DNA of 64,000 nt. Source: Chloropicon primus. Taxonomy: Eukaryota. Positions within the stretch are counted from its first letter, which is position 1. Each line of letters opens with the position of its first letter. The DNA is taken from assembly GCA_023205875.1 (NCBI GenBank), contig CP060765.1:496001-560000 (forward strand), written 5' to 3'. A program made the position numbers and the translations under genes. The notes under the pieces were generated by a model, which was given only the letters and a program-made list of their open reading frames with translations, was not told the origin of the DNA and did no database searches. Below are positions 1 through 10,351 of this stretch, in pieces.

Positions 1-164
1 TGCGCCGCGACGTGCGTGACCGGAGAGGTGGCGACCTGGGGAGCGGAGGCGAGGCCTCTGAAGGCAACGCGACGGTCGACCAGCGGGTGGAGTGAGGCCC
101 CTTGAGACGGTTGAGAGAGGGAGAGAGAGAGAGAGAAAGGGAAGGCCATTCGATTCGACTCGAG

Positions 165-680
165 ATGGCAGGCAAAGGTGGGAAGCCCGTGGGTCGGGTG
201 GGAATAAGCGTCCGGAACTCTTCGCTCGACAGGGCGCGGGCTCTGCTTGGCGTGTCCAAGGGGGACTTCGACAAGGAGCTGGACGCGCACAGGACAGGGA
301 ACGAGAGGCAGACGTTGATGCCGCTGTTGGAGCGTCCTGGTCTCGGAGCGGAGCAGCTGAAGCGTCAGAAGGAGCCCGTCCACGCGACGGAGGGGAAGCT
401 CCTGCGGTCGATCCAGAACAACAGACTGAAGAGGGCGAGGGACGCGAGAGACAGGAGGATCGACCAAGCCAAGGGATTTTCCCTGGACGCCCAAGACTCG
501 GACAGCGAGGTAAGTCGTCGTCATCATCAGCAACAACAACAACAACTTGACCGTGAGCGAACGAGTGAGTGGGTGCTAGCGGTCGAGCTGCGTCTGACCT
601 TGCCACGCGACCGTTCTGCGCCGCAGGAGGAGGAGCTCAGCAAAGCGGAGACCTTCAGCAAATCGAGGAAGAAGCGGTGA
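165..680 (+). CDS. Small basic hypothetical protein (2 exons)
   Basis: ATG at 165. Probable intron 510-626 (GTAAGT...CTGAC...GCAG). Lys/Arg-rich with a DSDSEEE acidic patch and a basic C-terminus SRKKR. Family not recognised. Confidence 0.6.
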   Translation: MAGKGGKPVGRVGISVRNSSLDRARALLGVSKGDFDKELDAHRTGNERQTLMPLLERPGLGAEQLKRQKEPVHATEGKLLRSIQNNRLKRARDARDRRIDQAKGFSLDAQDSDSEVSRRHHQQQQQQLDRERTSEWVLAVELRLTLPRDRSAPQEEELSKAETFSKSRKKR

Positions 681-1165
681 AGTGTGTTTTGTGCCGGAGT
701 TGTTGCTGTTGGAGCAGCGGAAGAGAGGGGGAGAGGGAACTTTTGCGTTGGAGCGCCGCGACAAGTGACTAGGGCCACGTTCCGGCAATGTTCGACCCTG
801 AAAAGGGGGCAGGAGGATATTCGGTCGGCAGAGCAGAGGGTCGTGGCGCCAAACGGATCGAGTCTTCCGAGTAGTTTGTTTGTGTGTGTGTGTCGCAGGG
901 GGGCTCGCATTCAATCAAGCTTTGAAGACGGCGGCGGCGGTGGCGACGATGCGATCGGATCGGACCAGACCAGGCCAGACCAGACCAGACCATAAAAAAG
1001 TACCACGTCATTATCAGTCATGAATGAATGAATGAATGAGATTCCCCTCACCGGCAAGGCAGATGATGCTTCACCACAACTATCGGACCCGGGGGGCTGG
1101 CTCTGCTGCCTCCAAGCACCGCTGTGCGGCGTACCTCGTCGGTTCATCGTGAGCCTGGCAAAGCT

Positions 1166-1505
1166 GATGGTGTCCCATCCAAGTACTGGCCGATTCCCGT
1201 CCGTCTTTGGATTGTGCCAAGCAAACCTTGGCCACTGTGGCAAGTTCACAGTTCACATTGTCCCTCCCAAGCAAGCAAGCAAGACTAGGGCCTCGTCCCG
1301 ATGATGTGTCCACCCAAGTCACTTGGACCAAGTCGTCGATTCCCGTCTGTCTTTGGATTGTGCCAAACCTTGGTGCGCCCAATCCCATTGTGGTAACTTC
1401 ACCGAGCAGCCAGGCATTGTCCCACCCCAAAAGGCCGAAGTCTTGGAAGCAACCAAGCAATCCATCCATCAAGCAAGCAAGAGACCTGGACCTTGACGTG
1501 TCCCC
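1166..1505. repeat. Degenerate tandem duplication with CAAG microsatellites
   Basis: CGATTCCCGTYYGTCTTTGGATTGTGCCAA...ACCTTGG at 1191-1231 and 1337-1373 (146 bp period). Flanking similarity continues (CATTGTCCC, CAAGCAAG). Confidence 0.7.
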
Positions 1506-2534
1506 TCAATGCCTCATGCCCCCTCGGCGGCCCAAACGAAACGTTTTGTCCCTCGAGTACATTTCCCACGGTAGACCTTTCGGACTTCATATTTGAAGTA
1601 CTGAACTTTTCCAAAACTCTACAATGAAATTTCCTGATGCACGAAACACGAACTCTTCGCGATCTTTACCACGACCGCGACTTAGTGTTGAATTCGGTGT
1701 TGTGGTCTTGGACTTTTCCGAAATTGAAATTGGAGTCTGGAGGTCCCCGTTGTTCTCCCCGAGACGTTCCTCGGATTAGCACGTGATTTGTACACGCGGA
1801 GTCAGCAAAGGCTTGTGAGGTTGCCAGAGGGTTTGAGGCTCCAGAGAGCGCGAGCGCTGACGACGGTCTACAACAAACCGCGACCGCGATCACGATCAAA
1901 CCCAACGACACAGGGACAAGACCGCGGCGTGAAAACGACGGAGGTGTTCTGACGACGAACACCAGCACGGCCAACGCTTTCGTCCAAGGGGAAGGGATCA
2001 ACGCGACGATTTTGTTCTGGTTGTCTTTTCTCTCTTTTCTTTTTCTTTTTTTTTCTCTTTCTCGACGTCGAGGTCGAGGCGAGCTCTCTCTTTCTTCTCG
2101 AGGGAGGAGTGTGGCTTGGTCTTGACGGCGACGGCGGAGGAGGAATCGTTGTTGGTGCCGCTCGTGGTGGTGGGTCTTCGTGCTTTGTTTTGTCGAAGGG
2201 TGCTGCCCCGTGCGTGCGTGGCGGTTGCAAAAAGCGGGCCAGAGGGGGAGGGAGATGCTTTTCTGTCTCACTTGGTGAGGGGACTTTGGAGTTTTTTTGG
2301 GGGGCGACGGAGTTGGGGTAACTTTGGTGTCCCACGTTGTCGAGGACGCCGGGAAGAACGAAGGGAATTGAGAGAACTTGTCTCGATTGTTTGAAGGAAG
2401 AAGAAGAAGGGAGGACAATCTTTTTTTTTTTTTGGCTTGCTTGCTTGCTTGCTTGCTTGCTTGTTGTGCAAGGAAAGGAAAAGATCTACTGTCGGCTGTG
2501 ACGTTGCGTGCTCACTCACTCGGCAGAGGGCAGG

Positions 2535-3662
2535 ATGGCGCGAGGAAAGAACGACAAGGCGGGGGGGAGCACCTCGAAGCGGGGCGGGAACAAGGGAGGC
2601 CAGAACGGGGTGGAGTCTGGCAAGGTGGTGAAGACGGAGGGCAAGGGCAAGAAGAACAGCGGCGGCTCGGCGGGCAAGGACCAGGGGGGGAACAGACTGG
2701 GGCCTGAGCACAGCAAAATCAGTTGCGCCGACATCCAGTACGTGCAGAACCTCATAGAGCGGTGCCTGCAGCAGTACATGACGAGGAAGGACGTCGTGTT
2801 TGCCCTGCAGTACCAAGCCCGCATAGAGCCTGGTTTCACGACTCTTGTGTGGCAGAAGCTGGAGGAGCAGAACCCCGCCTTCTTCATGGCGTACCACGTG
2901 AGGGTGAAGCTGAAGGACCAGGTGGTGCTGTTCAACCACCTTCTGGAGCAGCAGATGCAGATGATCAAGAAGCTGCAGACTTCGCACATGGGCCCCCAGA
3001 GTTGGCAGCAGAAGGCGGGAGGCATGGGCCAGGGCCCGATCCAGCACCCGCACCTCTCGTCGAGCTTCCCCATGCACCACCCCATGCACCACCCGATGGG
3101 GATGCCCCACCACCCGCACAGCGGGGGCATGATGCACCCCGCGGGTCTTCACCACCCGGGGATGAACCCAACGGCGCACATGAACCCGCACAGCAACCCC
3201 ATGGCGCACCACAACATCAGCAATCCGAGCAACCCCCTGTACGGGGACGTGCAGCACCAGATGGGGCAGGCTTCGGGGATGTACAACGCTGCGGGGGGCA
3301 ACCAGGGGGGCAGCAAGAACGGCCTGGAGCAGCAACTACGGGATCACGCCGCGAGGGACCCGAACCCCTTCACGGACTACAACCAGGGGCGGGGTCTGGA
3401 GTCGCCGCCTTTTCCGGCCGGGCTTGCGAGGCCCTCTAGCATCGGCCTGGATCTTTCGCAGGCTGAGGGCCAGTCGAATATGAACATTAGTGGCATGCCA
3501 AAGGTTTTCAGCTTGTCTGACCTCACCATGGAGCTGGGGGCGCAGCTGGGCACGGACGGGGACGTCTCTCTGTCGCTGTTGGCAGGCAACGAGTCGTCTG
3601 GACTCGGGATCTTCCCAAGGAACCTGAGTCTTGGGGACATTGCCAAGCTGGAAACCATGTAA
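2535..3662 (+). CDS. Plant-specific TIGR01589 (A_thal_3526) domain protein
   Basis: DIQYVQNLIERCLQQYMTRKDVVFAL...IEPGFTTLVWQKLEEQNPAFFMAYHVR matches the green-lineage A_thal_3526 domain, followed by an H/P/M/Q-rich low-complexity region. TGTAA overlaps the stop. Confidence 0.88.
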   Translation: MARGKNDKAGGSTSKRGGNKGGQNGVESGKVVKTEGKGKKNSGGSAGKDQGGNRLGPEHSKISCADIQYVQNLIERCLQQYMTRKDVVFALQYQARIEPGFTTLVWQKLEEQNPAFFMAYHVRVKLKDQVVLFNHLLEQQMQMIKKLQTSHMGPQSWQQKAGGMGQGPIQHPHLSSSFPMHHPMHHPMGMPHHPHSGGMMHPAGLHHPGMNPTAHMNPHSNPMAHHNISNPSNPLYGDVQHQMGQASGMYNAAGGNQGGSKNGLEQQLRDHAARDPNPFTDYNQGRGLESPPFPAGLARPSSIGLDLSQAEGQSNMNISGMPKVFSLSDLTMELGAQLGTDGDVSLSLLAGNESSGLGIFPRNLSLGDIAKLETM

Positions 3663-3858
3663 AGAGGGTGCGTGCTGCTCACCACGACGGGACGACGACT
3701 GGAATTGTGATTTTGTACTTTGGGAAGGATGTGTTGTTTTCATTATCAGCGTTTATTGTAAAAAAAACAAGGCGTATAATTTTTTTATATAGTCATAGTT
3801 ATAAGTTTTTTTCTTTTCACAACGCAGAGACGGCGCGTCCAATCTATCCCGTCTAGCT

Positions 3859-5613
3859 CTAGCTCAGCAGGTCAGGCAACGGCGAGTTGCTCACGGGCTG
3901 CTGCTGCTGTTGCTGCTGCATCGGGGGTGTCGGCAGTGCGCTCATCAGAGGCGGGTCAGGGAGAGCCCCACCGGCAGCCATCACGGGGTTGTCAGCGAGC
4001 CGGATCAAACCCTCGCCGGAGGGTTGCCCAACCTCTCCGCCGACCAATGGCGTCGTTCTGTGAAACGCTTTGACAAGCCTCGGGGCGGCTTGCTCTTCCA
4101 GGGCGAGGTCCTTGCCGCTCACGAGCTTGTACCCCCTGCTGAGGCTCTCGAACCGAAGAGCTAGCTCCTTGTAATCGTTCAGGAGGACGCCCAAGTCCTT
4201 GAGCTTCAGGTCCGACAGCGAAGAGTACAGGAACTTGTACCTCATGTGCAGCTCGCCTAGGCCCTCCGCTTCCAGAAGCATGGTCGATCCTTTTTCTTCG
4301 ACCACGGACAAGGGAGGAAGGCTCACCGGTTCGGGAACCGGCGGTGGTCCACTGGCCGGGTTAGAGAGGAGCCTCTCCTCCCTCTCTTGCTGCAAAGGAT
4401 TCGGCGAGGCGGGAGGCATGGCGGGAGCCTGCTTGGGGTTCGGCGTCACAACCCCCACCCCGTTCCTGCTGTCCGTCGCCGTCGCCGCCGCTGCACCGGC
4501 AGGGGGGGGCACCTCCGTCATCGTCACGCCACCCGGAGCGGCGGATTGGGATTGGTAGTCCTGGCTGCCCGGGACTCCGGCAGCCTGCATGTGAGCGATG
4601 AACTCGGAGGCGTCGATCGACAGGGAGCTCGGGGATATGGTCTCGATGAACGTTGTGGCGGAGACCATGTTGGTGTAAAAGTAAGCAGCCTCCCCGTTCA
4701 GTCGGGAAGCGAGCCTGTACCTCATGATGAAGGCCAAGTTCGACTCCAACTGCGGCGGAGCTGCCATGATCAGAACGTAGATCAGGATGGGCAAGAAGTC
4801 GTCCGCACCGGCACCCTCCACAGAGACGCTCAAGAGGTTGCTGATCACCTTGCAGCAGTTCAAAATGCACACGATCTTGTCTCTCGGCGCTTTGTACGTG
4901 TTGATCTTCTGCAGCTCCTTCTGGGCCAGCGTCCAGGACTGCTCGTTCCAGTACTTGTCCGGAATATCCAGGTGCTCCGGCTTTATGAAGCTGCGGAGAG
5001 CCTTCATCCTCTGATTCAACAGCTCGTCCCTCTCCTTGTCCTCCGCGGCGACCCCGAAACACCTCCCGTAGAGCTTGGTCAGCAAGTACTTTTCCAAGCC
5101 CTCGCCAGCCGCTTCCAGCTCCTCGTAGGACGAGTCGTGCCACAGAGGGTGAGACTGGAAAGCGACCTCGCTCTGGCTCAGGAAGCTCTGAACCTTCTGG
5201 CTGTCCCCCTCGGCGTCACCCGTCGTGCTCGACTTGAGCATGTCGTTTATAAACCCTTTTATCCCACGCACCAAGTCCATGGCTGCAGGCGCTCGCATCT
5301 TCTCCAAAAAGTCCGTAAACGTCAAAGGCGCCGTCGACGCCACGAAAGGCTGCTGCACCTCCCCCGCCTCCGCCGCAACCCCTCCTCCGTTCCTCCCCCC
5401 CTTCTCCCCTCCCTCCTGCGACACTCCTTCCGTCACTCCCTTCCCCGTCCCTTCCCCTTCCATCCCCACCGACGACGACGACGCCATAAACTTGCTTCCG
5501 TTCTCGTCCAAGTCCGTCCCCTTTCCCACGGACGCGACGTACTCCAGAGCAGGGTCCCCGCCTCCGTGGCTTCCGTGACTCCCCTCCGTCCCCGTTCTCG
5601 GCCTCGACGCCAT
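3859..5613 (-). CDS. VPS9A: VPS9-domain Rab5 guanine nucleotide exchange factor (VPS9a-like)
   Basis: [46 protein letters not shown] and GEAAYFYTN are VPS9 catalytic core motifs. Confidence 0.93.
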   Translation of the reverse strand: MASRPRTGTEGSHGSHGGGDPALEYVASVGKGTDLDENGSKFMASSSSVGMEGEGTGKGVTEGVSQEGGEKGGRNGGGVAAEAGEVQQPFVASTAPLTFTDFLEKMRAPAAMDLVRGIKGFINDMLKSSTTGDAEGDSQKVQSFLSQSEVAFQSHPLWHDSSYEELEAAGEGLEKYLLTKLYGRCFGVAAEDKERDELLNQRMKALRSFIKPEHLDIPDKYWNEQSWTLAQKELQKINTYKAPRDKIVCILNCCKVISNLLSVSVEGAGADDFLPILIYVLIMAAPPQLESNLAFIMRYRLASRLNGEAAYFYTNMVSATTFIETISPSSLSIDASEFIAHMQAAGVPGSQDYQSQSAAPGGVTMTEVPPPAGAAAATATDSRNGVGVVTPNPKQAPAMPPASPNPLQQEREERLLSNPASGPPPVPEPVSLPPLSVVEEKGSTMLLEAEGLGELHMRYKFLYSSLSDLKLKDLGVLLNDYKELALRFESLSRGYKLVSGKDLALEEQAAPRLVKAFHRTTPLVGGEVGQPSGEGLIRLADNPVMAAGGALPDPPLMSALPTPPMQQQQQQQPVSNSPLPDLLS

Positions 5614-5984
5614 CCTCTTCCTCTTCCTCTTCCTCTTCCTCCTCCGATCGATCGATCGCGCGATCGCTTCTCTCGTCCTCTCCGTGGGTTCAAACGCTAG
5701 GCGATCACGAGGCGATCAGGAGGCGATCAGGGGCGAGGGTTCGGCGAGCAAGTTGGAAACGAAGACGGAGCGGAGAGGGAGTGAGGGTTGGATCAAACGG
5801 AAGGGCTTCTCAAGGGCTTTCGATCGATACCTCGGTGGAAGGTTTTGACAAAGGGAGGTCGAGGGAAAACGAACGAACGAACGATCGAACGATCGATCGG
5901 AGTGGAGAGGAGGGAGACGACGAACGAACACGGCGACGGGGAAGAAAGAGGAAGGGGGAGGGAGAAAGAGGAGCAAGACGGGTG

Positions 5985-6020
5985 GAGAGTGCGTCTCGCG
6001 GGCTTTCGATTGATACCTCG
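5985..6020 (+). promoter_or_regulatory. Dispersed conserved promoter element (GAGAGTGCGTCTCRCGGGCTTTCGATYGA-ACCTCG)
   Basis: Near-identical copies at ~10091-10126 and ~10250-10285, partial copies at 5814-5835 and ~16228-16251. All lie in divergent intergenic regions. Function is inferred. Confidence 0.5.
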
Positions 6021-6071
6021 TTTGGGGGGTTTGACGCGCGGACGGGAGTTTGGTCTCGAGGGAAAGGAAAG

Positions 6072-6967
6072 ATGGAGGCTCCAACGAAGATGAAGGAGGT
6101 CCTGACAGGGACAACGATCATAGCGTGTACTTACGACGGCGGTGTCATTCTCGGTGCGGACTCGAGGACGAGCAGCGGGAACTACGTCGCGAACAAGGTC
6201 GCTGACAAAATAACGAAAGTGTGCGACAAGGTAAGGGGAAGAGATCAACACGGACGCGGACAGATCAAGTAGACCAAGGCTGCCTTGGCGAACTTTCGGA
6301 TCAACGGGGTAGGACGGGAAGTGATCTGGTCCGAGCAAGCGCGTGGTTGCGTGCGTGCGCGCGTGCGCGCGCGTTCTCGCTTCTTGCTCGCTTCGTCTGA
6401 CGCTTTTTGTGGTTTGTTTTTTGTTCTCGGACAACTTAGGTTTACCTGTGCAGATCTGGAAGCGCTGCTCACACGCAAGCGGTCGCGGGCTACGCCAACC
6501 TCTACTTGAACCAGCATGCCATCGAGTTGGGCGATAAGGGCTGCTCGGTCAAGGCGGCAGCGAATATCGTGAAGGAGATTGCTTATGGCAACAAGGCGTG
6601 GATGAACGCTGGTATGATTATCGCCGGTTGGGACAAGAAGGAGAAAGGAAAGGTCTTTGTGGTTCCATTGGGGGGAACCCTGATGGACGTGCCCTTTGCC
6701 GTAGGAGGATCGGGCTCCATTTACATCAACGCCTTTGTCGACAGAAACTGGAAGCCGAACATGACCAAGGAGGAATGCAAGAGCTTTGTGAGAAAGGCGG
6801 TGTCCCTGGCGATCTCTCGCGACGGCAGCAGTGGGGGAGTGATAAGGACGGTGACTGTGAACGAGCACGAGCAAGTCAAGGAATTTGTGACGGGGAACGA
6901 GGTTCCTGTGTACCAAGATGAAATCCAGTCCAAGGGCCCGCCCCAGGTAGAGTTTGTGAGTGTTTAA
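6072..6967 (+). CDS. PBA1: 20S proteasome subunit beta1 (beta type-6)
   Basis: join(6072..6230,6440..6967), intron GTAAGG...TTAG. Propeptide cleavage site G/TTIIA, then [29 protein letters not shown] and [10 protein letters not shown]. Confidence 0.95.
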
Positions 6968-7060
6968 GCTCGTCTCTTCGCCTCGAACTTTGTACATACA
7001 ATAATAATATTTCTCGAAGTTTTTAGTCTGTTTTTTGTTTGTTTGTTATTGCTGCAGCAG

Positions 7061-8137
7061 CTAGTTATACACTGTCACCCCTGCGTATGCACCCTCTCGG
7101 AGCAAGTTCATGCAGGCGCTTTCGTAGAGCCACCTGTGCCTCGTGTAAAACGGTTTCCCCTTCATGAACTTTTTGTCCCCCTTCTTGTAGTAGTGGTGAG
7201 CACCTTGGCTGAAGCCAAAGATGTTGACCTCGGCGCAGACATGCATGGCCAAGACAATCCCAAAGAATCCGGCAGAGAGCTTGGCGTCTCTCTTGCCGCG
7301 ATCCGTTCTCCCTGGGGGCTTGGGCACAACTCGCCAGTAGTGCTGGATGTATTCCACGACTTGGTTGTGCAGCTGAATCTTCTTGCACCGCCGCCACCTC
7401 CTGCACTGGTGGGACTTGGGATCCTGGTTGCGACTGTAATGAATGCAATACTCGTCCCTCCTGCTTGAGCCACAGTACCGGATGTTCTGCACCCGGATGT
7501 CAGTCCTCTTGCCCACGTACTTCTGAAACCCTCTAGTCGGGGCAGCGTTGAACCGAATGACAACGCCGTGACTGTCGATGAGCTCGCCATACTGCTTCTT
7601 CGTGAGTGAATTGGAGCTCCCAACAACAGCACACTTTGCGAAGGCGTTGTTGTCCCTGAACTTGGACAGCTTGGACTGCGTGGCGTCGCCGAAGAACTTC
7701 CACTGCGCGTTGTCAGGATTCCAAAAATTCCTCTTCTTCTTCTTCTTGTTCTCGTTGTACTTGTCCGATGTGTACTTCCTGAACACAGGAGAGTTCACAG
7801 GCATGACGCACCAATCACTCGCGTTCCTCGGCAAGATGGTTGGCGTGCAGCCATCGCTGCCTCTGTAAAGCACAGGGCAGGTGCAAGTCCCCTGCACACA
7901 AATCTTTGGCTTCTCACAGTCCCTTGACGTCGTGCAGGAGCCCTCGCCGCCGTCGGAGCTCGGCGTCTCCTCCAGGATGCGACGGAACCTGTGAGCTGAG
8001 GGCGTCATGGTGGCGTTCCGGTGGTACTGCGCCTCCAACCCCGGTCGTTGGACTGTCGAGGCTGCTGCACACAAACGAATGTCAAGCAAGCAAAGCAGGC
8101 TCGCGAGCAAGAGGACCACGAAAGTAGTGGTCTCCAT
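7061..8137 (-). CDS. GT29 sialyltransferase-like glycosyltransferase with Cys-rich EGF-like stem
   Basis: Signal/anchor N-terminus. Sialylmotif L (CAVVGSS...IDSHGVVIRFNAAPT...VGKRT), motif S (LSAGFFGIVLAMHVCAEVNIFGF), motif III (HHYY) and VS (HRWLYE). Confidence 0.9.
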   Translation of the reverse strand: METTTFVVLLLASLLCLLDIRLCAAASTVQRPGLEAQYHRNATMTPSAHRFRRILEETPSSDGGEGSCTTSRDCEKPKICVQGTCTCPVLYRGSDGCTPTILPRNASDWCVMPVNSPVFRKYTSDKYNENKKKKKRNFWNPDNAQWKFFGDATQSKLSKFRDNNAFAKCAVVGSSNSLTKKQYGELIDSHGVVIRFNAAPTRGFQKYVGKRTDIRVQNIRYCGSSRRDEYCIHYSRNQDPKSHQCRRWRRCKKIQLHNQVVEYIQHYWRVVPKPPGRTDRGKRDAKLSAGFFGIVLAMHVCAEVNIFGFSQGAHHYYKKGDKKFMKGKPFYTRHRWLYESACMNLLREGAYAGVTVYN

Positions 8138-8873
8138 GTTTCCACCTCACGAAGAGAACTTCCCAACAGGCGTGAGGACGGCCTCAGAGTTTCAGACACG
8201 GTCCCTCCCAAGTCCTTCCCCTCGACCACCACCTCCTTCGTCCCTTCCTTCCACGAGCTCTACGACCTTCGCGTCCCTTCACCGCCTCTGCAAGACATGC
8301 TTACGTTGCCGCCTCAATGGTGCCTCGACCGGTGGTGCCGGTGTTGGGCTCGCTTGACCTCGCCTCCCCGATATTGCCTTCTTCTCCGAGGAGTCCTCTT
8401 CCTCTCCTCCTTCCGTCGTGCAGCTTCTCGTGGCACCAAGATCGCGATCTTGGAGAGCCACGCGATGGCCTGACACCTGATGAAGTGGTCGTGGGACGAG
8501 GACTCCAGGGGGAGAGAGACCAGGAGGGGAGGAAGGCCGAGGGGGGACTCAGGCTTGGGAGGGTGCAAGACATCAAGTTGTAACGTACGCGGCGGCCACG
8601 TCGTGTCGGCGTGAGGAGGAGGGGGGAGGAGGAAAGGTCAGGGTGGCACAGAATACAGCTACAGAATCTGATCAGAATACATGATTTACAGTCTCACATA
8701 CCATGGTGGGCTTGCTCTGCGCGCAAAGGTATCCCCTCCTCACTCTTCCTGCTTGACCTTGACGATGGAGGGGGTCGTCTTGCTTCGTGTTCTTTTCGAC
8801 GAGCGACGAGCAGCTTTGCAGAGCCCGACCTCTTCCAGGTACTCTCTCTTCACAATGCATTGTTCCTTGTCGC

Positions 8874-9731
8874 TCAGCTTAAGAGATGCGTCCGCAAAGA
8901 TGATCTCAACGCCTCGTTGTAGTCCGCGATCTCCTGCTTCTTCTCCGGGGACTTGCTGCCATAACGCTGGACCTCCTGCACGGCTTCGGCGTACTCCTCC
9001 TCCGTCATCAGGCCGGACTCGAGAGCCTCTCTCAAATCCAAAGCATAGGGAGAAGGAGAACTCGTCGTGTTGTTGTTGGTGGTGGTGGCGGCGTTGGCGT
9101 TGGAATTCCGCTCATTGAGGTTGTCGGCGGTTGATCGATTCAAGTATTCCTTGGCGATGGCATATCTTCCGTATGCAGTGCGAACAAAGCGGGGGCTATG
9201 TGAACAAGCAGACCTGACAGTGTCCCGCATTATCTCATCAGTATGAACAGAACCATCCATACGCCTGAACACATATAGCTTCTTCGCCTGGATCCGACCA
9301 AGGATCTCTTTGGTGTGCAAGCTCCCTCCCACCTCTTGAAGAACGCGATAGATGGCATCCAGAAGCGTTCTCTTTCCATTCCTAGTCTTGATAGGACGTG
9401 CGTTGCCTCTCATCATAGTCACCTTCTCTGGCACTGTCTGTGCTTGCCAGGACGACTCCGCTCCACCACTATCAATACCCTCCCCACTATCACTGTCTTC
9501 TTCTTCGATGATGGTGGTGGAACAAGTCAAGAAGCTCTCGAAAGCCCTTGGATCCATCCTCGTGACAACATCCTCTCCTCTCTCGAGACTCTTGCTGACG
9601 TCCCTGACAAACTTTTCCTTGCTCATCTTGCTGCTATTGTTGCTTGTGGATGGTCCACTGCCACCATCACCACCACCATTCGTCGCTCTGGTGCGTGTCC
9701 TGGGACTCTGTCTCGTGGGTCGCCTCATCAT
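8874..9731 (-). CDS. Hypothetical protein with a winged-helix (HARE-HTH-like) domain
   Basis: TLLDAIYRVLQEVGGSLHTKEILGRIQAKKLY...TVRSACSHSPRFVRTAYGRYAI fits the HB1/ASXL/restriction endonuclease HTH pattern. Flanks are low-complexity. Confidence 0.65.
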   Translation of the reverse strand: MMRRPTRQSPRTRTRATNGGGDGGSGPSTSNNSSKMSKEKFVRDVSKSLERGEDVVTRMDPRAFESFLTCSTTIIEEEDSDSGEGIDSGGAESSWQAQTVPEKVTMMRGNARPIKTRNGKRTLLDAIYRVLQEVGGSLHTKEILGRIQAKKLYVFRRMDGSVHTDEIMRDTVRSACSHSPRFVRTAYGRYAIAKEYLNRSTADNLNERNSNANAATTTNNNTTSSPSPYALDLREALESGLMTEEEYAEAVQEVQRYGSKSPEKKQEIADYNEALRSSLRTHLLS

Positions 9732-10044
9732 CGAATCCAGCACCACACAATCCAGCACTGCTCGATGGGTTCCTCTTCCTCTGGCGAAGTCTGCACCCTC
9801 TCCTCCTCGTTACAGCGCCGCTTCTTTCGACCAAACACTCAAACGAAAGAGAAAGCGACGACACTTCCACGCGTGCCTCCCTCTTGTCCACCAGATCAAC
9901 CGAACGCTCACCACTCGTCGCCCTTTGTCCTCGCCCCCTCCGCCCTCGATCGCGCCCTCGATCGATCGGTTTGGGTTCAAAGGTGACGGCTCCCTCGCGC
10001 TCTAGGGAAGAGAGAGAGGGGAGTGTTTGCGTTTGTCGAGCGTT

Positions 10045-10285
10045 TGGCGCAAGGTGCGGCGAGAGGGAGGACCGGAGAGGTGAACCACAAGAGAGTGCGT
10101 CTCACGGGCTTTCGATCGAGACCTCGCTTGAGTTATTTGGCGTCGAATTGGCTTGGTTTGGATCCAAGGTGGGCGGAGGGGATCGGCTGAGACCAGAGAA
10201 GGGTGGCGCAAGGTGCGGCGCGAGGGAGGACTGGAGAGGTGGACGACAAGAGAGTGCGTCTCACGGGCTTTCGATTGACCACTCG
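10045..10285. repeat. Tandem duplication (~80 bp core, 159 bp period) in a divergent promoter
   Basis: TGGCGCAAGGTGCGGCG...GAGAGTGCGTCTCACGGGCTTTCGAT at 10045-10126 and 10204-10285. Confidence 0.9.
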
Positions 10286-10351
10286 GTCGAAGGGTTTGGC
10301 GGCCGGAACGAGAAGAGGGAAGGTCGAGTGAAGCAGAGGACGTAGGGCAGC

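Noticed and set aside
700..2500. ORFs or ncRNA in the long first intergenic region
   Set aside because: The ORFs are microsatellite-driven, and no tRNA, snRNA or snoRNA hallmarks could be supported by eye.
8150..8870. Small ORFs between the GT29 and HARE-HTH genes
   Set aside because: Low-complexity with conflicting frames. Consistent with UTRs.
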